Shown here: positions 27,001 through 34,561 of the stretch, one piece after another
Layout: each line of letters opens with the position of its first letter
Position numbering within the stretch: position 1 is the first letter of the stretch
IMG/VR virus record: IMGVR_UViG_3300005512_003203
Coordinates: 1 to 37,153 of that record
DNA: 37,153 nucleotides
Origin: a virus
Lineage: Duplodnaviria; Caudoviricetes
Reading direction: 5' to 3' (one strand)
Made by a program: the position numbers and the translations under genes
The notes under the pieces: model-generated
The model's database searches: none
Seen by the model: the letters and a program-made list of their open reading frames with translations, nothing else
Told to the model about the DNA's origin: nothing

Positions 27001-30000
27001 TTATTTTGAAATTTTATCAGCTAGTGCAGCATACAATCTATCCTTGATAGATTCTACTGCCATTGCGTTGTCACCATCTTGTGCAGCTTTGTAGGCTTTT
27101 TTCTTTTTGTGAATACCACCTGACTGATACATGTAGTCATCGTCTTTGTATTCTTCGTCTGGTGAGTTATCCCAACCATCTTCTTCAACGTCTTCGTATG
27201 GTGAAGGATCTTTAACTCTAATATCACCTGGTGCTTTGTTTGAGTTAGGACCACCTGATAGTTTTACAATATCACTTAGTTCACCGTCAGTTTCGTCTGG
27301 TGAGTTATCCCAACCTTCTCCACCTCCACATGGTGAGTCTGCATCGTGGTCTCCACCGCAAGTTGCACATGGCATAGGACCTACTTCCATATCGTCTGCA
27401 CCATCTTTGTCTATGTCAATGGCTGCTCCGCCTGGTATTGCTTTTACTTGTGTGTCCATAGGCATGTCAATTGCACCAACTGGTGCTGCGCCTTCCATAC
27501 CTGCGTTTTTAAGAATCTTTAATAGTTCGCCTACTTCGCCTGCGTTGTCACCGCTCATTGATATGTTCATTGATGCAGCTTCGTTTATTGGGTTTTTCAT
27601 ACTGTAGTCCTTGCTTTGAAACGCCATAGTGTTTGCACGTTTGTCTAATTGTTGTTGAGTAGGAGCTTTTTTCGCTAATGGTCCAGGTCCTTCTGGTTTA
27701 GGATTAGCTAGTTTGTTAGGATCCATACCTTGTGGTGTTTTAGGTACTTCATCGCCTTTTGGTTTTTCAGCAGCTGGATTAATAATTTTTCCACCAGCGT
27801 CCTGAATCATTTTAGTAAGTTTTTGACCTTCTGGACTGTCTACTTTTATTGTAGGTCCACTACCCTTACCTGAACTGTTATGATAAATGTAAAATACCTT
27901 ACCATTTTTTGATAGTGTTGTATTTGCAAACTTAGGCTTTTGATCGTCTAATTTTAGCTCTGCACGACTTGCATCTGGAATAGCAAATATTCCTGCAGCA
28001 TTAACTTTGCCTTCGCCGCCTCCTGCATTTGGACCAACTCCTAGTTTACCTAGGATCTGATTTAACTGTTCAAGTTCTGAACCGCTCATTTCTGCTTGTA
28101 GATCAGCAGTCATGTCTTTACGCTTGTATTTTGTTTGATATATACCAGCAACTTTATCATAGCTTGCTTTGTCTTTAATCTTTTCTAAATATCTATAGAT
28201 CATATCTTCGTTTGTGCCAAACATTTTATAACCTGCTTTATATAAAGCATCCGCTAATTCTTCGTGATTGGTTACTTCTTCAGGTGGCGGTGGAGCTTCA
28301 TCCCCTTTTGGTGCATCCTCAGGATCTCCTTTTGCTGTCTCAGGATCTTTTATTGCATCTGCTTTGTCAAATATATCTTTATATTGTGCATATGCTGGTC
28401 CAACTTCCGGATCTGTTATTTTAGCTCTGTGTTTATCTAGTAGTCCTCTTAGCTCTTTGAATTCATCTGCTGTAAGTGCTTCATTTAGTTTAGAAAGGGT
28501 TTCAAGCATTGCTCTCATGCTAAAGTCTACGCTTTGATTTTGTTGTGCAAGTTTTTCAGTTTCTCCGCCTTCATTTGCTTTTGCAATTAGTTCTTCAATT
28601 CTTGCAAAATCATCTTTCATTGCATCGTCGATACCTTTTTGTGGATCTTTAGAATATGCTAGAAGCTCACGTGCAGTATCTGCTCCCGGGTCACCATCTA
28701 CTTTAATACCTGCTATTTCTTGAGCACGTTTAACACCTGCAATACTTGCTGGGCCATAAAATCCATCTGCTTTGATCTTCTTTAATTCTTCGTTGTTATT
28801 TGCCACACCAATTCTCATCAGCACTGTTTGAATAGCAGCCGCTGAAGCAGATTTGATCTTACCTCTATTGGTAGCTTTTAACAAGCCTTTGGCTTGTTTG
28901 GATTCAAGCTCTTTTGGAAACTCGTTAGCAATCCAAGATTCTACATCATCAATTGCTTTTTTAATTGCTTCATCACTGCTGTAATCCATAGCAGGTTCTG
29001 CTTCGTCTCCTTTAGGTTCCTCTCCGTCCTTAAACAATCCAATGTCTTTTTTATCTTGCTCCCATTTGTCAAGTATTCTTTGTATTTCTCTTTTATATTC
29101 TGGTTGCAGGCTATCATCTTTTACTGCTTGACCAAAATCTAGTACCATGTTCTGAAGTTCCGAAGTTTCCTCATCAGATAATTCTTCGTTTAGTTGTTGT
29201 AAAAGTTGCTCTGCAAAAGTTTTTGGTTGCCAACTTTCACCTTTTTTCTTGCCTTTTACAATTAGATCATTGTATCGTGCAATCATTTTAGCTGCATTGT
29301 CATTGTTAATTTTGCCAGTTGCAACTTTTCCTTTTGGTTCCTCGCCTGCTCCGTCATCTTGATCACTGCCGTCATCGCCACCTGTTGCTCCACCTGCAAC
29401 ATCAACTACTTTTTGGAATCGTTCAGACTTTTCTGGATCAGACTCTTTGTATTTGTCAGCTACTTTTTTTGCTTTTTCTATCTTATCATCTGGTAATAGC
29501 CCTGCGTCTGCTAGATCTTGCATTTGACGTAGGTTGGCCATAGATGCGCCAGTTGGCTTACCATTGTCCATGTAAATAAACTTGCCTTTAGAATCATAAA
29601 GACCGTCTAAACCTAGTGTCTGAGCAGCATAAGCGAGTACATATCTTGCATTTGACTTGCTTCCAGCTTCTTGTTCCATCTTTGCAATATCAGCAACAGT
29701 CATTCCTGGTTTTGCATATTTTGCTACAATAGCGTCTAGATCTTCTTTACCACCCTTTGCTGCTTCACCTTTACCTGCTTCAAACCGTTCAAATCCTTTT
29801 TCGTTTGCTAAACCTTTTTCAAGTTGATCTTCACTTTTATAGTGTAAGTCAAATACTTTTCCATCCCGTTTTCTTTTGATTTGGATTTTTGGATCGTCTC
29901 TGTTTACATTGAAGTTGTCAATACCACTGCCATCTTTTTTTACTTTGTAGGCTTTTCGTTCTAGCAACTCTTTGCTTTCTAACAGGTCAATAATGTTTCT

Positions 30001-30012
30001 AATATCATTCAT
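27001..30012 (-). CDS. large probable virion-internal protein with a peptidoglycan-binding domain and an annexin repeat
   Basis: PG_binding_1-like IQTVL..IG...ADGFYGPAS..GVKRAQ...GIKVDGDPG..T (~28660-28850); annexin-like ADALYKA...GTNED...Y..KY...DLQAEMSG (~28050-28270); repeated (L/I)xE sites. Confidence 0.75.
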   Translation of the reverse strand: MNDIRNIIDLLESKELLERKAYKVKKDGSGIDNFNVNRDDPKIQIKRKRDGKVFDLHYKSEDQLEKGLANEKGFERFEAGKGEAAKGGKEDLDAIVAKYAKPGMTVADIAKMEQEAGSKSNARYVLAYAAQTLGLDGLYDSKGKFIYMDNGKPTGASMANLRQMQDLADAGLLPDDKIEKAKKVADKYKESDPEKSERFQKVVDVAGGATGGDDGSDQDDGAGEEPKGKVATGKINNDNAAKMIARYNDLIVKGKKKGESWQPKTFAEQLLQQLNEELSDEETSELQNMVLDFGQAVKDDSLQPEYKREIQRILDKWEQDKKDIGLFKDGEEPKGDEAEPAMDYSSDEAIKKAIDDVESWIANEFPKELESKQAKGLLKATNRGKIKSASAAAIQTVLMRIGVANNNEELKKIKADGFYGPASIAGVKRAQEIAGIKVDGDPGADTARELLAYSKDPQKGIDDAMKDDFARIEELIAKANEGGETEKLAQQNQSVDFSMRAMLETLSKLNEALTADEFKELRGLLDKHRAKITDPEVGPAYAQYKDIFDKADAIKDPETAKGDPEDAPKGDEAPPPPEEVTNHEELADALYKAGYKMFGTNEDMIYRYLEKIKDKASYDKVAGIYQTKYKRKDMTADLQAEMSGSELEQLNQILGKLGVGPNAGGGEGKVNAAGIFAIPDASRAELKLDDQKPKFANTTLSKNGKVFYIYHNSSGKGSGPTIKVDSPEGQKLTKMIQDAGGKIINPAAEKPKGDEVPKTPQGMDPNKLANPKPEGPGPLAKKAPTQQQLDKRANTMAFQSKDYSMKNPINEAASMNISMSGDNAGEVGELLKILKNAGMEGAAPVGAIDMPMDTQVKAIPGGAAIDIDKDGADDMEVGPMPCATCGGDHDADSPCGGGEGWDNSPDETDGELSDIVKLSGGPNSNKAPGDIRVKDPSPYEDVEEDGWDNSPDEEYKDDDYMYQSGGIHKKKKAYKAAQDGDNAMAVESIKDRLYAALADKISK
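27154..27315. repeat. identical 24-bp direct repeat encoding GWDNSPDE
   Basis: ttcgtctggtgagttatcccaacc at 27154-27177 and 27292-27315. Confidence 0.9.
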
Positions 30013-30014
30013 GG

Positions 30015-30578
30015 TTAACTTCCTATCGGGCTTTTTACATATTCTTCAGGTGATATATCTTTGGAGTCACCTGCTTTAACTCCATCAACAGGATCGATAG
30101 CTCTTTCTTTTCTTGCAACTTCAAGTTCTTTGAGCAAGTCCATTACACGGTTTTCACCTGCTTGTTCTTGTGCAGATTCTCCGCCCATGTCTTCTGTGTT
30201 TAACAAAGATTCATATGGTTTTTCTTCATCTGAATTTTCTTGATACTGTTCAATAGGATCACCTTCACCTCTTACAATAATGTGACTGTGTCCAACACCA
30301 GTTTCGGTTACCAAATACTGTTCAAGCACAAATGCAGTTACAGGATAGTTTACTTCTACATCAAAATGCGTAACTTCACAGTTGCTTAACTGTGGGAAGT
30401 CCAAAGGCTTTTCTGTAATTGGAGTTTTTTTACCAGAACTAATACCAACAATATCGTATTTGGTCATTGAACTTTCAAGTCTATCTTCAAAGCCTTCAGG
30501 TAACTCTCCTGCTACTCTTACTTTAAACTTGTAAGTTTTTTTTGATTCAGTTAAATATTCTGCAAATTTTTTCATCAT
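30015..30578 (-). CDS. hypothetical late protein (probably head-associated)
   Basis: MKKFAEYLTES N-terminus typical of protease-processed T4-like head proteins; late promoter upstream. Confidence 0.7.
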   Translation of the reverse strand: MMKKFAEYLTESKKTYKFKVRVAGELPEGFEDRLESSMTKYDIVGISSGKKTPITEKPLDFPQLSNCEVTHFDVEVNYPVTAFVLEQYLVTETGVGHSHIIVRGEGDPIEQYQENSDEEKPYESLLNTEDMGGESAQEQAGENRVMDLLKELEVARKERAIDPVDGVKAGDSKDISPEEYVKSPIGS

Positions 30579-30594
30579 ACTATCCTAATATATG

Positions 30595-31083
30595 TTATTT
30601 ATCCAAGTTTCTTAGTTTTTCTAACAAACTATTACGATCAGAAACTACGTATCCTTCGCCCTGAACAATGTCTCCGTCAGCTGATCCATCTTTGTCTTGT
30701 TTTTCTTTTTTGAGTTGTAATTCAACCATCTTAAGTTTTTTGTCTAGTTTTGCTACTTTTGCATCAAGATTGGTTTTAAGCATATTACCTGCAACTTCAA
30801 AAATACGTCCTGAATAACGGCTTTCTACATTCATGCCTAGATCCATTAAATCCTCATATGCCTGCATGGATTTTTGCGAAACTTCGTTGAGCTCTTTATC
30901 TGCCATTTCGCCTAAACCTTTTACTTGTGGTAATGCAGCAGTAATTTTGTCAAGTTCTTGTATACTGCGAGCAGTTTCTTCTTGCTCAACGACTGCCTGT
31001 TGGGCTTTATCTGCATTACGAGACTCTTCTATAATTTCTTTAGAGTCTGGCATGTTTAATAGTTCTTCTAGTTTTTTTGTCAT
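30595..31083 (-). CDS. probable terminase small subunit (gp16-like)
   Basis: Central helices YEDLMDLG...RIFEVAGNML...KLDKKLK resemble gp16; lies near gp4 and terL. Confidence 0.6.
   Translation of the reverse strand: MTKKLEELLNMPDSKEIIEESRNADKAQQAVVEQEETARSIQELDKITAALPQVKGLGEMADKELNEVSQKSMQAYEDLMDLGMNVESRYSGRIFEVAGNMLKTNLDAKVAKLDKKLKMVELQLKKEKQDKDGSADGDIVQGEGYVVSDRNSLLEKLRNLDK
30596..30602 (-). promoter_or_regulatory. late promoter ATAAATA overlapping the upstream stop codon
   Basis: GAT AAA TAA forms GATAAATA; AGGA RBS follows. Confidence 0.6.
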
Positions 31084-31108
31084 TATTTCTCGCCAATAAC
31101 TGCTAATA

Positions 31109-31115
31109 TATTTAT
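31109..31115 (-). promoter_or_regulatory. late promoter ATAAATA
   Basis: GATAAATA in the short gap before the terS-like gene. Confidence 0.65.
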
Positions 31116-31118
31116 CGA

Positions 31119-31724
31119 CTACTTATAATCTCTAAAATGCTCTTGATATTCTTTTTTTGATAGTTTAATGTGCCAATTTCCGTCTGTTTTAAATAAAAAT
31201 GGCTGAAACCACTCAGGCGCAGGATATCTTTTTGAACCGTGATTGCTTTTTATATAAATTTTATCTACATACTGAAAAGCATCTTTAAGAAAAAATTCCC
31301 AATTAAATTGTTCTCCTCGAGGTAATGTATCTTTGTCAAACATTGTTCTATTAGCAACTAAAATGTCATATTTTCCTGGAAAATTCATAGCTTTATTATT
31401 AAATATGTACATTGAATGTACTTTTAGTCCTATTGCGTCAGTGCATTTTTTATATGTACCATCAGGTTTAGATAATTCATAATCTATTTCTGTTGCTTCA
31501 ACTTTAATTCCTTTTTCCATTAGTAACCAAGGCAAAAACCCTATACCTGTACCAATATCTATTGCAGTTTTAATCCCAGTCCAGTCATATCTTTCTACAA
31601 ACTTACGCTTCTCATCCATGTAGCGAGGCCAACCTCTTAGAATTTTTGCACCGTCAGTGCGTTTTGTAGGCATACCGCCTAATTTGCTTAATAGTAATTC
31701 TTTATATTGTTCTTCGGTCATCAT
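31119..31724 (-). CDS. class I SAM-dependent methyltransferase
   Basis: IDIGTGIG motif I, ATE, YDILVA; start at 31724 (ATGA overlap, AGGA RBS). Confidence 0.7.
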   Translation of the reverse strand: MMTEEQYKELLLSKLGGMPTKRTDGAKILRGWPRYMDEKRKFVERYDWTGIKTAIDIGTGIGFLPWLLMEKGIKVEATEIDYELSKPDGTYKKCTDAIGLKVHSMYIFNNKAMNFPGKYDILVANRTMFDKDTLPRGEQFNWEFFLKDAFQYVDKIYIKSNHGSKRYPAPEWFQPFLFKTDGNWHIKLSKKEYQEHFRDYK

Positions 31725-32155
31725 CTTTTTCCTTGATGGAAAATATCTGTCTCGTTTACAACACGGAAATATATACCCTGTTGCTTGCACCAAGCAGTTG
31801 CTGCTTCCCATTTGGCTTGATTTAATACCCAATGAGCTTGATTATGTCTACTACGGCCAAGTTTTTCTTTTACAGTTTGATTTTGTGGTTTGACTTCTAT
31901 TACTTCTACCCGGTTTTTACCGTTTTTATCTGCATATGCAATAAAAAAATCTGGAACATATATAGTAGCTTTACCTGTTAACGGATTTCTATATGGTATC
32001 CTTACAGCTTCACTAGCCCATTGTGCAACATTTGGGTGTTCATCACAAAATCTCATAAAAGCAAACTCCCAACTGCTTCTATAGGTGGGTGTTTTTCTTC
32101 CTACGTATTTTTGGGGATTCTTTAGAGTGTACTTACCTTGAGCAAATCTAGCCAT
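31721..32155 (-). CDS. head completion nuclease (T4 gp4-like, PD-(D/E)xK)
   Basis: NPQKY.G, YRSSWE, W.SE, YVPDF, EVKP, NQAKW.AA. Confidence 0.9.
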   Translation of the reverse strand: MARFAQGKYTLKNPQKYVGRKTPTYRSSWEFAFMRFCDEHPNVAQWASEAVRIPYRNPLTGKATIYVPDFFIAYADKNGKNRVEVIEVKPQNQTVKEKLGRSRHNQAHWVLNQAKWEAATAWCKQQGIYFRVVNETDIFHQGKR

Positions 32156-32156
32156 A

Positions 32157-32519
32157 TCATATCACTATATTTCGCTTTTCAAGTTTTTCAACAGACTGTG
32201 TTCTTTTAAATCCGAGTGTACTTGTTGCATCTCTGTTATAGTTTAAAACTTCTGTAACAACAGCACTTAGTTGTACTTCGTCAAACCCTTTAAGTGTATC
32301 AAGCAATGTAAACACATTTACACCATCTATTTTAGCCTGTTGTAATAGCACAGTTGCAGTGCTTACAGCGGCAGTTTGATCAAATCCTCTTTTACTAAAG
32401 AATGCAATAACAGCATCTACTTCGTTGCTGGGAAAACTTAATTTTTTAGTAAAATACTTGTCAAAAAATTCTGTGGTTTGTTTTTCTGATGTTTTAGGTG
32501 CATTTGGTAGACTGCTCAT
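32157..32519 (-). CDS. hypothetical protein
   Basis: 120-aa ORF coupled (ATGA) to the upstream gene. Confidence 0.75.
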   Translation of the reverse strand: MSSLPNAPKTSEKQTTEFFDKYFTKKLSFPSNEVDAVIAFFSKRGFDQTAAVSTATVLLQQAKIDGVNVFTLLDTLKGFDEVQLSAVVTEVLNYNRDATSTLGFKRTQSVEKLEKRNIVI

Positions 32520-33805
32520 GTTACATTACCTTTTAATCTTTGTTTTTCGCTTGCAGGTAAACTAGCGTAATTAGCAGTATTACCATTAACTCCGCCGGTT
32601 CCACCGTTGGCTTGATATTCTTTGTTATTTAATATTCTTGCTGCACTTTCTTTAGCAGCTTCTGTGTTATTTGCGGCTTTTGCAAGTGCTGATAAACCTA
32701 CAATAGCTGCTGTTCCAGCTATTAGATCTTTGCTTCCGCCAGTGCCTCCATTTTTTGGAAAAAATGCATTGCTAACTCCACTTACATCTGTTCCTGCCGC
32801 CGCTCCTATTGCTCCTTTTAGTAAACTAAATCCTTCTTCTCTAATACCTTCAGAACTTAATCCTCTTACGTTTGCAATAAGATTAGCTGCCGCTAGTCCT
32901 GCTTCTAGAGGACTTTTAAACCCTCCATCGCCTGTGATGTAATCGTAAAGTGAAATACCTGTACCAATTGCTCCTCCTAATCCAAGAGCACCGCCTCCGA
33001 GTAAACTTGCCGGACTTGGAGTTGTGTCATAGTGTGAAGGATCACCAAATCCTTTAGGACTATCTACTTCTACTCTGCCTCTGTCATACCAAACAGCTTC
33101 ATATGCTACTGTCATAGTGTTTTGCATAGTACCTGAGCCGTCACTAGAATCTACACTGTCGTGCGCCCAGTTTGTAACCAATGGATTTACCAGTGTATAT
33201 GTAGTGTATGTTTTTCTTGAAAGTTGACTAATTTGTATACTTTTAAAAAAGTGTTCACTTACTCTATTGTCTAATCCGTAACTATATTTGTTTAGTGCTG
33301 ATCCTAAATATGTGTTATCTCCAGGTATTCCTTCTTGTCCTGGTGCAGGTGGTGGTTTTATTTGTCTATTATAGGCTTCTGGAAGAGAACCGTAGTTACC
33401 ATCTGCAAAGTAGTAACGATAGTATGCTTCAAGCAAAGCAGATGTAACACCTAAATTATCATCATGAAATGTGATATTTACAGGGTCATATGATATACTA
33501 GTTTGAACATTTTTAATCCTGTTATATTTTTTCTTTGTATCAACTGTTGCTGTATACTTTGGTAAATCAGCAGCTTTTACAAGTAATCCAATTTCTCTTG
33601 TATGTCTTTGTTTTAACTCAGGCAAAATACTTGCAGGTAAATCATTTATTTCGAAAAATACATGATATAAAAACTTTGCTTTAGGAGCAAGTCTAAAAGC
33701 GTCTGTTACAAAAGTTTTGCTGGCATGCCTAAAGTCGCCAAGATTACCTTTTGGACTTAGAGCGCCACTTGCTAAATTATCTAAAAATCCTGTGAACTTT
33801 CCCAT
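32516..33805 (-). CDS. tail-tube-fold baseplate protein (gp54/gp48-like)
   Basis: VKAADLP, YDPVNITFHDD, MTVAYE; follows the tube gene; Gly/Ala-rich C-terminus. Confidence 0.7.
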   Translation of the reverse strand: MGKFTGFLDNLASGALSPKGNLGDFRHASKTFVTDAFRLAPKAKFLYHVFFEINDLPASILPELKQRHTREIGLLVKAADLPKYTATVDTKKKYNRIKNVQTSISYDPVNITFHDDNLGVTSALLEAYYRYYFADGNYGSLPEAYNRQIKPPPAPGQEGIPGDNTYLGSALNKYSYGLDNRVSEHFFKSIQISQLSRKTYTTYTLVNPLVTNWAHDSVDSSDGSGTMQNTMTVAYEAVWYDRGRVEVDSPKGFGDPSHYDTTPSPASLLGGGALGLGGAIGTGISLYDYITGDGGFKSPLEAGLAAANLIANVRGLSSEGIREEGFSLLKGAIGAAAGTDVSGVSNAFFPKNGGTGGSKDLIAGTAAIVGLSALAKAANNTEAAKESAARILNNKEYQANGGTGGVNGNTANYASLPASEKQRLKGNVT

Positions 33806-33810
33806 GCTAA

Positions 33811-33817
33811 TATTTAT
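33811..33817 (-). promoter_or_regulatory. late promoter ATAAATA
   Basis: GATAAATA-TTAGC-ATG. Confidence 0.72.
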
Positions 33818-33840
33818 CCAATGTAATTAACTGCGTATAT

Positions 33841-33876
33841 AAAAGAAACAAGGGGTACTAAAAAGTACCCCTTGTT
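33841..33876 (-). terminator. Rho-independent terminator after the tail tube gene
   Basis: Perfect 13-bp stem (33847-33859/33864-33876), 4-nt loop, followed by TCTTTT. Confidence 0.85.
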
Positions 33877-33896
33877 AGATTAGGAACTTTGTTATA

Positions 33897-34526
33897 TTAA
33901 GCGCCGCCGCCAGTAACGAGAGTGTTAACTGTACGACCAACTGCTGTACCAATTCCAGTACCTTGTGGTGTTTGGATAGCATTGTCATAACGTATACTTA
34001 ATGTAACACTGACTGGATCTGTTGAATTTGAATATGCTAACTGATTATAGTTTGCACTTTCAACATAACAGCCGTATAATTCGAATGTTTCAAGCACATT
34101 TGGTGTGTTGGCACCGTTACCACCATCTAGGATTTCGATACGTGTTGTGAATTTATAATCCTGACCTGATGCTGCACTTGACTGTTCATAGAAGTCAAAT
34201 TGTTTCTGTAATTGCTCACCTACTAGTTTTTGTACATTGTTGTTTACATCTTCACGTAGGTTTAGAGTAATTGCTTCCCAAGTGTGTTTACCTGCAAGAT
34301 AAACTCTTGAGTTATAAATGTCTATTGTCATTTGTTCAAAACTCACGTTTGGACGAGCTACATCTATAACTTGTTTTGTTAGTTCTGTTGTCGGAGTTGA
34401 TGTTCCGAAATTTTCTAGTGATACCCTAAAACGATACTGTAATTTAGGCATCAACAGGCCTTGGTTGCTTGCAGAATCTCCGCTAGCCAAAGGCACTGTA
34501 ATTTTTGATAGTGTTGATATTGCCAT
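33897..34526 (-). CDS. tail tube protein (gp19-like)
   Basis: PKLQYRFRV, RP.V.F, AGK.TW..ITL, L.GC, IRYDNA; directly after the sheath. Confidence 0.88.
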   Translation of the reverse strand: MAISTLSKITVPLASGDSASNQGLLMPKLQYRFRVSLENFGTSTPTTELTKQVIDVARPNVSFEQMTIDIYNSRVYLAGKHTWEAITLNLREDVNNNVQKLVGEQLQKQFDFYEQSSAASGQDYKFTTRIEILDGGNGANTPNVLETFELYGCYVESANYNQLAYSNSTDPVSVTLSIRYDNAIQTPQGTGIGTAVGRTVNTLVTGGGA

Positions 34527-34549
34527 TTAATTTGCTCCTAATCTATAAG

Positions 34550-34556
34550 TATTTAT
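34550..34556 (-). promoter_or_regulatory. late promoter ATAAATA with AGGAG RBS
   Basis: GATAAATA about 24 nt upstream of the tube ATG. Confidence 0.7.
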
Positions 34557-34561
34557 CAATC

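Noticed and set aside
27154-27315. 24-bp repeat as a mini-CRISPR or attachment site
   Set aside because: Only two copies, in-frame in a CDS, with 114 bp between them; explained by a peptide repeat.
27740-29020. KGD tripeptides as integrin-binding motifs
   Set aside because: They lie in linkers of a bacteriophage protein; nothing supports a eukaryotic interaction.
31721-32155. TnsA-like endonuclease as a Tn7 mobile element
   Set aside because: Motifs and context match T4 gp4; no transposase partners or terminal repeats.
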